Assembly: GCF_018350175.1 (NCBI RefSeq)
Contig: NC_058368.1
Coordinates: forward strand, 76,882,001 to 76,946,000
DNA length: 64,000 bases
Direction: 5' to 3'
Source: Felis catus
Lineage: Eukaryota
Position numbers and translations under genes: made by a program. Positions within the stretch are counted from its first letter, which is position 1; each line of letters starts with the position of its first letter. This document shows positions 37,358 through 49,795 of this stretch, piece by piece. Under the pieces are notes generated by a model. It was not told the origin of the DNA, did not search any database, and was given only the letters and a program-made list of their open reading frames with translations.

Positions 37358-38830
37358 TGTATTAGTTTCCTGTAACCACTGTAACAAATTACCACAAACT
37401 GGATAGGTTAAGAGAACAGAAATTTACTCTGGGAGCAAAGGAGTCCAAAGTCAGTGTCACTGGAACTAAAGGTGTGGACAGGGCCACCTTCCTTCTGTAG
37501 GCTCTCGGAGGGAATCTGTTCCTGGCCTCTTCAAGCCTCTTCAAGGCTGCCAGGGTTTCTTGGCTTGTCTATGCACTGCTCCAAATCTTCAAATTTCTCT
37601 CTGTGCTGTCCTCAAGTCACCTTCTCCTATACGAGTGGAGTCTGCTGGGAGTCTGCGAGCCCTTCATCACGGTGTCCTCCCCATGTCCTTTTCGGTCCAA
37701 GTTGGCAGTGTTTCTGCTGACACAGCATCCTCACAAACCCTGCGGGTCTCCCAAATCTGGCAGGCCATTGGACAAGATGCTCCCCAACAGATCTTTCCTG
37801 GATAATCTCATTTACTCCTGGTGTCTGCTACTAAAGTGCCTGAAGGAACTTATGAGTCACAGGCATTATCTCTTCAGCCCTAGCAAATGGTTGTCCAGCT
37901 ACAGCCTTGGCTTTGTTTGCAGTTTTTTAACAGGAAGCCTCCTGACTTTATAGCATCTTTTGTAATCTAGATGGGCTGAAATTTTCTCCAAACATCAACT
38001 GCTCATTCCATTTTACTTATCTGTTCTTTCCTCTATCTGTTCTTGAACTTTACTATCAACAGCCAGGGGAAGAAACCAGACTGTACCTTCAACACTTCAC
38101 TTAGAAATACCTTAGTTAAATATGCCAGTTCAACACGGAGAAGTTCCACCTTCCACACAGTTGTAGGACACTACCAGGTTTCCTACCACTATACAGCGAG
38201 GACCTCCTTCCCTCTAGTTTAAAGTAACATCCTCTTCCTCTGCTTCTGAGCCTTAACCAGAAGCACCTTTAAAGTCCCTATTTCTACTAACGGTCTTTTT
38301 TAAGGCCGTCCAGGCATTTTCTATCATGTGCCTCAGAATTCTTCCAAACTTTAACTGTCCAACTCCAAAACTACTTCCATATTTTTAGTAATCAACTGGG
38401 TAGGTCCAGACAACATAAAACTATTCTGGAGGCCAGAAGTTCGAAATCAGTATCACCGGTCCAAAATCAAAGTGTCAGCAAGGCCCGCTCCGTTAGGAGG
38501 CTCTAGATTGAGAGTCTATTCCTTGCTTCTTCCAGCTCCTGGTGGCTGCCAGGATTCCCGGTCTCCTGACCACATCACTCCAATCTTCAAGGCCAGAATC
38601 TTCAAAGCTCTCTCTGCTCTGTCTTCAGCTTCTCCTGTGTGTACTGTGGTAAAAGCCCCCTCTGCCTTCCTCTTACAATGGTTATGTGGAATGGCTTTTA
38701 GGGCATAGTGGATAAACTCCCCAAGATTTTTAACTTAATCATATCCAGAAAGACTCTTTTTTGGGGACCACACAAGGTAACTAGTGTTACTAAAGTAACA
38801 GGAGATCAGGACACAGAATACACAAATAGC
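37358..38830 (-). mobile_element. MaLR (MLT1-type) LTR - internal - LTR remnant
   Basis: tgtattagtttcct...gtaacaaattaccacaaact LTR end at 37358, MaLR-internal-like middle, and a second similar LTR segment at about 38410-38815. Confidence 0.7.
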
Positions 38831-39065
38831 TTTGTGTATGTGGTGGGGGGGGAGGGGGGAGGAGCGCAGGGAGGTATTTTCCAGAGATATCTCTTAATTG
38901 CAAAGCAAGCTCTGGTTTACTTTAAGTATGTGGAACACATTTCACATATAATCAACTTCCAAACATGGTACAATTTTTTCATTTCTCAAAAGAGAGAAGT
39001 ACAAAGCGTTAAGCATGATGAACATGGTAAATCTCCTTATTTGGCAAGTGGGTAAGGAAAAACTA

Positions 39066-39264
39066 TTTTTTTCTTTGTTAATTTGAGAGAAAGAGAAAGA
39101 TCGAGTAAGTGCGTGTGCAAAAGGGAGGGGCAGAGAGAGAATTCCAAGCAGGCTCCATAGTCAGCATGCAGCCAGATGCAGGGCTCAATCCCACCACCCT
39201 GGGATCATGACCAGAGCCGAAATCAAGAGTCAGACACTCAACCAACTGAGCCACCCAAGCGCCA
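39066..39264 (-). mobile_element. Carnivore SINE
   Basis: Reverse SINE ending ccaactgagccacccaagcgcc; aaact(a/g)ttttt on both flanks. Confidence 0.9.
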
Positions 39265-40099
39265 CAAAGAAACTGTTTTTAATATTAAAGAGAGGAAATA
39301 CACTGTAGATCTCAAACTTATGATTTGCATACATTTTAAAAATTCCAAACAATGTTTCCCAGTTAAAATCAATTTTTCCTTTTTATCAGCATGTTTATAA
39401 TTTTATTAGAAACTGTCCGTCTGACTCTTATTATAGCTTCAGTATTTACTCACAAATTAACCAGATTACATTTGACTACCACTTTCATTCACCCACGGAT
39501 AGTCTGAGGGTCATGTTTTTCCTACTGCTCTAGCCTCCTGCAGGGACACTGAATTCCACAGCAACATCTATCGCTTTTCTTAGTATATTTCCCTTTCTAA
39601 ATAAGTAGGATTCATACACATTTCAGAATAATATCTGGGCTTTTCCCAGGCACATCACAAAAAACTTGTGAAGAGGAGTAAAAAAAAATTTTTTTAGTAC
39701 TGTTTTTAACATTTTTAAAAAACATTAAAAATCTCCATTGTATTAACAATACCCTTTCAAATATCTGAAGACAGTGGTGCACTGCCAATAGTCAGGCAGA
39801 ACTAGATACCAATCTGCAAAAAAGCCAAGTCCAGGCAAGCCAAGACACGTGTCAATTCTTCCTTGATTTTATTCATCAAGCATGTCTGTTGGTTAATATG
39901 CTTTTGCCTCCTTTTGGACAGATAAAATCAAATATCTTGACAAACAATTTGGAACGGATGTGAGCAAAAACTACTGGTCTAGAGTACCTAACATGAATTC
40001 TACATGAGAGAACCCATGGGACTAAGCTAATACATTCCTTATTACAGTCATTACTGTGATCAATCTTTGAACTTTTGTCATAAGGACCTACTTAAAAGT

Positions 40100-40870
40100 T
40101 AGTCAAAGTGTGGTTTAAATTTACTTTCTCTACTAATTATTTTTATGTGATCATGAAAGTGATGTATGTTAGTTGTAGAAAATATAGAAACTAGAGAAAA
40201 GTATAAAGTTACATGTAAGTGTACCAATTACAGATAACGATTCTTAGCATTTTTTTCCCATCTACTAAACCGTGCAAATATACTTTTCAAATTAGCAGGA
40301 TCATAATGTACACGTAAGTTCTGCATTTAGCTACTTCCCCTGGATTAACAAATACTTTGACTAAAGAAAAACCAACTATATAAGTGACATAAAACCTGTG
40401 AAATTTTCACTATTCTAAATAATAAAGGGAAAAGGTTTTTTTCTTTATTAGTTTACTTGTATCTGAGTCACTTTTCTCAAGATAAAATTCTTAGACACAG
40501 AATTAAAGGCTCCTGACATTTACTGATTCACTGTTATTTTCTAAAATGGTCACAGCCATTTAAACTCCCCAAATCACCACATAAAAAGGTCCCTTTATAC
40601 CTTATCCTTGCCAACAGTTGGTGCTAATGAGGGAAAAAAAAAGTCTTTTTCTACTGGTATTTAGCATTAGAGGAAAAGAAAGGGGGGAGGGGAGTCCTTT
40701 GTTTTGCTACATTGTCAAGAATTTATGAAGGCACTTTTCCATTCCACTTGTGTGAGTGAATTCTCTTTTAAGTCTCTTTTCTTTTTCTATTAGGGAGTTG
40801 GTCTTCTTTACTGACTTCTAAGAAATCCTTGTATTATTCTTTCAAGATTACAATGTTTAAGAAATACCCT
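40100..40870 (-). mobile_element. Degenerate antisense L1 fragment
   Basis: Motifs such as ccttatccttgccaacag and ttttttctattagggagttggtcttctttactgacttctaagaaatcctt. Confidence 0.45.
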
Positions 40871-41953
40871 TTGGGGAACCTTCTCTCCCCACCCTCCTTT
40901 AATCTGCTTTCGAACCTCATCTACCATCACTTACCTCACCACCTTCTTGACTACACAAAAAGCTGGTTCACTGCTCCGGCCCATCCCACTATCCCAAGAG
41001 CACCTACACACTCTTGCCTTTATTCTAAGGCCCCAAAAGACCTTTTCCCTGCTTCATTTCCTCACACTCCTGTCCCCACCGTAAGTGCAATTTCTAACTA
41101 TCCACGGAGGCCCAGCTCACACGATCTCTTCCAGGAAGGTTCCCAGGTCTCCCTAGAGACCTGGGCAATGATGTCAATTATCACACATCACCCGTTGCAC
41201 TACTTAGTATTTTCATATTATTAACTTTTCTTGGAATTGTCCTTGTCTCCACAGTAAGTACATTAAATACTTTAAGAGAACTTAACATCTTATCAATTGC
41301 TTTTTACACCTAACAAATTCTCAATGTGGATTATGGATTGGCTGCTCCCTCTTCTCCCCTTGCCTTCTAGAAGCTAAGAATGCATCCCATTCTTCTTGCT
41401 ATACCATGAACCGGTCCACATTTCTAGCATATTTATTAGGTCATAAAAACAAACAGAACTGTTGCTTCAACAAGATAAACCAGCACTACTGACACACTCA
41501 GGAAAAGTCCCGTGCTATCTACAACATGGGCATATTTCCCTAAGTATCTATTCTTTTAAAAAGAATATATTCCAGTAGTATCTCCCAATAAATGTGTGAA
41601 AAGATGAAAGAACTTGCTGAAAACTGAGAGGATGAGGAATGGACAAGAACGAAAGTCTCCGTACGCTCCTGGCATCTTTATGCAGTAACATTGTCTTTTC
41701 CTACACAAAGGATGTGCTAGTTTCCCTGCAATAGATGATGCCCAACAGAAACAAATAAAAATTTTCTCCAACACTGACAATTATTTCTCGAGCTTCCAAC
41801 ATTATCATGCACAGGAAACAAATGAGTTATGTGCAAATTCTTACCAAACAGTCTCAAATGCAAACTCTTTTTTTCTCCAAGATATCTTTTCACGAAAGTT
41901 GTACTGATAACATGCAATGCACAGTCTATTCTGCCAAATCCCAATGTTCCAGA

Positions 41954-42181
41954 ACAGTGCTGGTCTAGGTATGATCCATGAATCAGCAATAGTCTGCAAA
42001 CCATAATGGATCCGTAACAAGATATGTAGAAACCAGGAGTGTTTTAGAAGCTTTTATAGCCACTTGATGTCATTTTTCTAGTAATTCATCTTAATTGTAT
42101 TTTGCAAACATAGTCTGAGACAAATTAGGATTAAAAGACAAAAACAAAAACTGGCCAATTACCACCACTTGAGAAGCACTG
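41954..42181. mobile_element. hAT-Charlie-like MITE relic
   Basis: cagtgctg...cacttgagaagcactg termini. Confidence 0.5.
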
Positions 42182-44280
42182 CTCTAGAATAAGCTTGCTG
42201 ATCTTTTCCCAGTAAGGACACACCGAAAGTTACGTTTTTATGATTTGTGTGTGGGTAAACAAAGAAAACTGCCAAAAGAAATATAAAGCGCCAAGTTTCC
42301 CTAGGCACCAGACAGCTACCTCGGGATCAGAAGGGATTCTGGCAGGGCATAAGCAGAGGAACTCTTGTTCTAGGAGTCATAATCCGGCATTCCAGGCCAC
42401 CCAAAACTGAAGTCACCATGCTATCCAATCTCTTACCACGGTCTAAGAGGGATTCCCCCCACTTTGTGATGCCGGTACAACATTTTCAATACCAGCTATA
42501 CTGTTCCACCCTTCTGGAAACATCCAGGCCCTACAAACCACACTATATTTACCTTTCAAAAAAGCTCAACGTTCAAGACTCAAATGAAGGTTCATACTTT
42601 CCATCTTCCTTCTTCCTACCTGAACTGAGATTTTCTTCTTAGCATCACTAAAAAAGCACGATCACGTACTCATTAATGAGCAGGTAGGGACAGACCGCAG
42701 AATGACTCCTCATCCATTTCACTTTCATAGTGCTTGCTCTACCTTAGATTTTAAGGCCTTTTCATTGGGAAAGGCAGGATTAAGTCCCTCCCTTTCACTA
42801 TGACCTTTACAATAACCAGGATGGCGATGTGCATGAAGAATCCTGGTGTCATCCTCATTAAGTTGCTTAGTTACTTACTTAAGTTGCATTAAGTTACTGA
42901 TATTTCCAGTACTGGCTTTTATCTGGGGCATACCACCTCTTAAAAGATTATGCCTTAGAACCAACTGGACCATAGTTTTAACTTTTTACATTCTTATCAA
43001 TTACGGGACACATTACTTATGATCCTCCTTCACCCCTACTCTCATTGGGATCCACTGTCAATTAATTACTTAGACCAACTCAGATCTTTTTGTGCCTTTA
43101 TAAACAGTCACAAAATCTGTTTTTTCTAAACCACTTAACGAGAGCTTACAACTTGCTTTTATCCTTCATGTGACAGTATGACTTCGCAGCAAATGTCTTC
43201 TCAACACATTTCTAAGTAAACAAAACTTTTCTAAGATGTCCAGGAGCAAGAGTCCCTCCTGGGTCATGTCTCCATTCCTGGGCACGAACTAGCACTCATT
43301 CTCCGTTCATCCTAAGTAACTTCCCTTCCACCTGATTTAGATTCTTACTTCAAAGTAGAATTCCTATACGCCACTTTCATGAGGCAAAGAAAGTTTTTCC
43401 TTTAATGCCTGTCTCTTCCTTTTGTTTCCTGGATTTTTTTGTATCCACAGTCATTTCATTCTGTTTTCTTCCTCATACTGAGACTGCTTCAGAATATACA
43501 TTTTTAATGGAAATCCCTAGGCCACCCAAAACTTTATCCTACTTCTTTATTCTACTCTAAGTGCCAGTCTGTGCTAAAAATAAAGAAACATAACAAACAA
43601 AAACCTCTGGATTTTTGTACTAAAAGAAAAAAAAAAAAAGAATTGGAAGGAAAAGCAGAAACAATCACAGATTAGTATTTTTCTATTTTCAAAAGATGAC
43701 CTCAATGTTCTTACACTGGCTTCTTCACTAATATTTCCAAATTGTTCCTCACCCCCGTTTAGATCCATATGTCATAATTACTTAAGTCTCTGTATTCCTT
43801 GCTGGATTACAAACTTGGAATGGGAAAAATAGCTTATGAGTCTGGCACACTATCAAATACAGACTCCCTACATACTATACCCAGTAACTGGGTGGGAACA
43901 AGGTCACTCATGTGAAGTGAAATGCTGCGTTTGAGTTTAAATACTTCCAAGCTTTTGTTTTTACTATCCAGGCAGAAAAATGTAAATGAGGTGAAGAGAA
44001 GAGAGAAAAACTCTGGGACTGGGGATAGTACAATTCTCCCAGGAGCCCTGTTTTAAATGCAAATTTCAGAATGTTCTCCAGAGTTACTAGAATCTCTGGA
44101 TTGCCCCCAGATGGATTCCTCTGGAAGACACTAGCTAAAATCTCATGAACCATTCCTGCTCTTGCCTCAAATCCTTGCAAACAGCCCTGAAGACTAAAAA
44201 AATGTGTCCATGATAAAGCACAAAATCATCCCACAAAATCTGAAGCAGCAAAGCAAATAAAAAATGCTTTTCATACATAC

Positions 44281-44364
44281 CAGTTTGGCTTGTGCTTCTG
44301 CAATTTTTCGGTTATTCTCTTCCAGTATTCGCTCTAGCTCCTCACGTTTTGCACGTTCTTCCTC
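44281..44364 (-). CDS. ARGLU1: ARGLU1 exon 3
   Basis: cctcccctttag|GAG..., EEERAKREELERILEENNRKIAEAQAKL, CTG|gtatgt; 84 nt, phase 0-0. Not in the ORF track; found by reading. Confidence 0.97.
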
Positions 44365-44752
44365 CTAAAGGGGAGGACATGTTAAGATGTTAGAAAAACA
44401 AAATGTTTATTTTTACTGATAAATATTTACTAATCTTCCTCTGAACTTTTTTGAGCTGACTTAGAGGGCAGCTTTATAGCTACCTTCTGTCTGACAAATG
44501 ATAAACTGTGCAGCCACTAAAATTTGTTTCTAGCACTAAATTTAAATCATCCCTCCCAGTCCAAACAGCAACCGACTAAACCCTCCCTAATGATAGTTTC
44601 CTGGCAATTATTACTAATACTTTAATATCACACAAATCAACAAGGACAACTACAAAACTGGATAGTATTTACCAAATTAAAAAAATAATATATAAAATAT
44701 AAATAAAGTGAATATTTGTCTCACCAATTATGTATACCTACGTATTCTTTAC

Positions 44753-44849
44753 CTATACTCCTTTAATCAGCATTAAAAGTTGAATATTTACTGTCTTGTC
44801 CAGTGTCCTGCAGAGTGTGCTCCTCGGCTGCCATACGCGCCAGCTTCCT
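44753..44849 (-). other. ARGLU1: Candidate poison/decoy exon in ARGLU1 intron 2 (97 nt, in-frame TAA)
   Basis: gctaac branch point, tttaaag| acceptor, TAG|gtaaag donor; reads RKLARMAAEEHTLQDTGQDSKYSTFNAD* after exon 2. Confidence 0.55.
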
Positions 44850-44884
44850 CTTTAAAATGATTTGTACTGTTAGCTTGGCAATAC

Positions 44885-44937
44885 CTGCATCAGCAGCTCA
44901 ACCATTTATAAAGAAACAACATACAAGGAAGGCTGAG
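44885..44937 (-). other. ARGLU1: Second candidate poison exon in ARGLU1 intron 2 (53 nt, in-frame TGA)
   Basis: Pyrimidine-rich cattcctcag| acceptor and CAG|gtattg donor; reads LSLPCMLFLYKWLSC*. Confidence 0.45.
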
Positions 44938-46660
44938 CTGAGGAATGCAGATGTTTATGGTAAGAAGGAACAAAAAATGTAATTCATCATTCCTAAGGCA
45001 AACAATTAATAAGAAAAATACATTTACTGTTAGTGAAAAATACAAATGGTAATCCATACTTCATGGAACTAAGGGCTTCTTCCATGGGGAAAATGGACTT
45101 AACATTCAGATGTTGACAATTTCTAAAGGCAGCTTATCTTGTCATCTACAGTCTGAACTGAAATTCAGGAATCCAGGGGGTGCATGGTCCGGAAATAAAA
45201 TTCTGTAATTTATTTTTTATTGGAGAATTTAATGAGATTTTATAATGCAAACTATATGAAGATTGCTTGATGGTTTGGGCAGTGTTCAGATCACAGCATA
45301 CATATTCAAATGATTTTAATATTTGGAAAGACTGTCAGAGGGTTGTGTCCGTGTAAAAAAAAATTGTTAATACGAAACAAAAAGCAAATGAAGAGAAAAA
45401 AATCTTCCTATGATTAATAACTCGCTACAAGACAGCACCATTACTCCAAAATTATCTCCATTATTAAAAGCACTGATATAAGTAAAATTTCATACATTCA
45501 ATTGCACAGTCTGTGATAGCTACCAAATATAGACACGTGTATCTAAAGACAGCACAAGGGAGAATGCACTTGAAAAGCTAAGCTTACTGGAAAACAAGAG
45601 AGATTTAGTATGATGCCAACTTGCCCATACTAATGCCAAGATTAACAATGATATGAGACATATATTTTGAGTCAAATATTTAAGTTCGAGAAAATAGAAC
45701 CACAGGATTTTCTATGGCACGCACCAATGGAATTCGTATTCATTACACAAACTATGTCAAGGGACACTCAGCACTGTAAAGTAATTTGCCTTGAGTGTTT
45801 CAGTGACTTTCAACAAGTTTTAGGAACCTGGAGTAATCAGTGCAAATAAGCCATAAAGCTTCAGTAGCAAATTACTGTCTCACAGAAAGACATTTTCAAC
45901 TTCTGCTCCAGCTGCTGATAAAACAAATCATGTGTTTAGCTTGACTCCAGACAAGGACAACCTGTTCCTTCATAACTCTCTAGAGAAAAAAAGGAGTTGT
46001 TAGTAGATACTAAAAAAAGTGGATGAATACTCTGGACATTTTTCCTAAAAAGATTCTTTGAAACACATTAGGAAAATGGAGGGAGGGCCTTATGATCAGA
46101 ATGCCAGAATTAGTCCATTGTGTTGAAGCAGGATTTGGGGGAGGGGGTGAGGGATAAAAGAAGGAAAAAAAGAAGAGCAAGAAAACCTATTTATCAAAAG
46201 CAGGTGCTGTCACTCAATGTTAGGCCCTGCTCTTTGTAATCTGACTGAAGGCAAAAAGCCTCTCACAGTCTAGGCAGTAAGAATGATAAACAGAAAAGAA
46301 GAATACGTAACCACAGGTGGATTTTTAACCTTTTCCCTTTACCACTCCCTGTCTCCCGCCACCCTCCCAAAAAAGAATGTAAGTCCTGCAGCCATGGCAA
46401 AAGTTTCAAACACTTCTCAAATATGTAAGCCAGTTCCGTTAAATCAAAAAGTATCCTTGAATACGTTTTATGAAAGTAACTTTTAGATGTCAGTCAGCAC
46501 TTCTGAACAGGCTAAAAAATTAACTTTCGCAGCAATGTTAAGTTTAGATGAGAAAGGAATTAGTCTGTATTCCATCTCTTTCTGAACTGAGCAGGAGGCA
46601 CACCCAACACTGAAAGTTTTGCCATGGACTGTCTCTACTTTCCAAACGACCGAGCGTTAC

Positions 46661-46886
46661 CTCTCTGGCTTTTTGTGCTGCAAGCTCAGCTTGTCTCTGT
46701 CGCTCGAGTTCTTCGAGCAACTGCTTTTCCATGATGCGCTTGGCTTCCTCCACCCTTCGGAGAACTTCTCGCTCAATTTCATCCTTCCTTTTCTCCAATT
46801 CTTCCTCTACCCTTTTGGCCACTAATTCTTCCACTCTTCGTGCTGTTTCTTCCTCGATGAGTTTTTCTTCTATTTCCTGCTGCCGA
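46661..46886 (-). CDS. ARGLU1: ARGLU1 exon 2
   Basis: Acceptor ctag|T. (I)[75 protein letters not shown]; donor GAG|gtaacg; 226 nt. Confidence 0.98.
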
Positions 46887-47664
46887 CTAGCACACAAAGT
46901 AGAAAAAAGTGACTTAGATGACAGAAGTAAACGTAAGAATTAAAACTAGTTATACGTCTGTAAAACATTCAGCCTGATTCTATGATTTTATAATTCATCT
47001 GAGTGCAACACTCAAGGAAATACTAGATACCAAGATGTTCAGGGATACAGAAACTCGAACAAATATGAAATCATGTTTTTGTTAGCTTTCACTTTCTAAA
47101 TCCAAAATGACTCAACAAAGAGCTTAATTCATTAGTTTTAATTTAAGAACTGTTAAGAAATCTGAAACAAGAAGTCTACTTTTTGTTACCAACTTTATAA
47201 CAAAAGGACAAAGTGCATGGATTTACTCATTTGCCAATGCACTCAGTCTAAGGGTTGAGCTTCAAGAGAAGTCAGGAGAAAATACTATGTAGTAAGCAAT
47301 TCAGACTAAGTTCATCCCCTGCCCCCCACTAGCAAAATCAGAAGAAATACAGACTCAAAGAGATTCAGACTGTGAAGGCAATGAAGCTTTTTCTGAAAAT
47401 ACAGACCAACTTAATTCAGGTTCTGAACCTAATACCTTTCAGCGTACCTTCTTTCTTTGGTTAATTTTTAATTAAAAGCTCTTCAAGATGTGGGAGGGTA
47501 GATGAAAATATATTGCCAATTCTAATAAAAAGTTTAATGACGCATGATACGGTTTAAATTATTTTAATCCCATCTAGATATTATAAACCAACTTATTTAC
47601 TCAAAATCAAATTCTGCACTGAAAATACTGACACTTATCAAGGCACTGTAGTGGACACCATGTA

Positions 47665-47762
47665 CATTTTATACCAATGACATCCAATATGGTCTACTGG
47701 GAATGACATCCCAGTATAAAATTGGTCATTTTATACCAATGACATCCAATATGGGCTACTGG
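47665..47762. repeat. 36-bp direct duplication with a 26-bp templated spacer
   Basis: cattttataccaatgacatccaatatgg(t/g)ctactgg at 47665-47700 and 47727-47762. Confidence 0.95.
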
Positions 47763-48979
47763 AAAATTTCATTGTACATATGTAGCTCACTGTATTGAGA
47801 CAATAATTTGTACTGAATTAATAATAAATTCAGAGGCTCTGGAAGTATATCTAAATCCTAAGAGGCCAATTTATTATTATTAATGCTTCAACTTTCTCAC
47901 AGCCCATAAAATTAAATACAACCTGTAACCTTTATATCTTTTGATGACTCATAAATATGTATGAGCCAGTCATTCAATTTACGTGTTTAGTAAAGACTTT
48001 ATAGTGTCTAAGTGACCTTTAAACACCCCAATCCACTTCAACTAAACTGTATTTTGGGGGTGGGGGGGTAATTCAATTCCCACTCAAGTGCTTTTATTCT
48101 CAACTCCTGTTACTTATTCACAGTGACACCATACTAACACCAATGTATCTTTAACATTCTGATTCATTTCAGTTTCTGCATTTATAACCTCCTATGTTTT
48201 TCTGACCAGGAGATAGTAACTACTTGAAAAAGCACAATTATTTATTCTAGGTTCCAGACATATGCATCCCATTCTGAAGACTCTTGCCTGTTTCTTAAAT
48301 ATTTCCTCCCAACACTAAATTATTGATTTTTATTTAAAAAGATACAAAAGCCTAACATATACTCTAAACAATGCTCCTTTTCCTATTCAATAACTTCGAA
48401 TAAAATACAGTTTAAGGTAGTTTCAATAAGCCTTTACCTATAGCAGCTCAATAAAAGAGAATAGTTATCTATCCCAACACTAAAATGAATTGCCAGACAT
48501 ACCTCAAGGAAACCAGGCAGAGATTTTAGTGGAAATTAAACTACATTTCAAATATAAAAATTTTGTTTCTTTACCTCATCCAAAGAGAAAAATATTAGGC
48601 TGAAATAAGCCTGATAACTGTCAAACCTAGATGATGGGTGTATTAACGTCATAATATTCTTTCCACTTTTGCAGAAGTTGGAAAGTTTACACAATGCAAA
48701 GTTTTAAAAGTATACACCACTCACCACAAACAAACTTTTGCTAGTAAATGTAAAGGAGCCTAAGAAGAAGTTCTCTTTTAAGATGTCAAAAATGGTGCAA
48801 TTCAACTCTAAGGACAACGTAAAACAATTTCAATTAAAACAGTCCAAAGTAAAAAGCAGAGAGAAGAATGGAATAAGGCTTTAGGTTAGCTCATCACTAG
48901 AAAAGTCACCAAATAACTTAGGAATTTTGGAAAGATGGAAGAGACCTGATACATATTCAGGGTTTTTTGTCAAGCAGTC

Positions 48980-49438
48980 TGTAAGTAATAGCAATAGCAC
49001 AATGGCTAATGGGGTCACATTTCTGGATTTAGTACGGAGAAAATAAGCCTAAATAAATTCAGTTTATTACTTACAGCAAAAGCCAGATCAGCACAGTGTC
49101 AGCTGTTTCTGGTCCCACTCATGGACACCAAACCAGAGGGGACAGGTGACATGCAATACAAGCATAGGCAGTGGGCTGTTTTGCTGCTAAGGAGTCAATT
49201 CTAAGGGCAGCTCAGCGGTTTTATAGCCCAGAGGGGAGGGCAAGTGGAAAGTCCCAAGCTCAAATGAAACTGAGAGGATGAGAAAAGGCCTCGTGGAGTT
49301 TCTCACAAGGCTGCTTATCTCCCTTTGTTCCTGGAGGAAGCACAGGACACACCACTGTGACTGTAATTAAGCCTTGCTGCTGTGTTCCACGTGGAGACAG
49401 GCAAGGTCAGGGCACCACAGCAGAACTGTTCCCCTACA
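48980..49438. mobile_element. Possible old LTR fragment
   Basis: tgt...aca-bounded, GC-richer block containing tttattacttacag and ggttttatagccc; no TSD seen. Confidence 0.3.
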
Positions 49439-49795
49439 AGTATTATCAACAATATAATTTTTTGTTGTTGCTGCTATTCTTAGTAGCAACAATCAGAAAA
49501 AAAAATTTTAAGTGATTTTTCAGATTTAGCACTGAAAAAGTTACTCTCAATGACGCTTCAATTCCCCTCTCCCCACATTGAATTCAGAAAAACAATGGGC
49601 ACATGTACAATTGAATTAAGCAGTTCATCTTTACTGATGACAAGTTTATTATCATTATCAATGATAAAGAGGTAGAAGGCTAACTTTCACCAGGGGCACT
49701 GAAACTTTCTTGGGGAAAAAAAACCAAATACTTTTGCTCATTAGTATCTTATAAAAAACATTTCATGTCACTGCCTATCCACTCCTTAAAACTTT

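Noticed and set aside
45029..46564. Four ACTAAY (QKI-type) motifs in ARGLU1 intron 2
   Set aside because: The count is not clearly above chance for 2.3 kb of AT-rich DNA. The TGCATG at 45181 is antisense to the gene, so it is not an RBFOX site.
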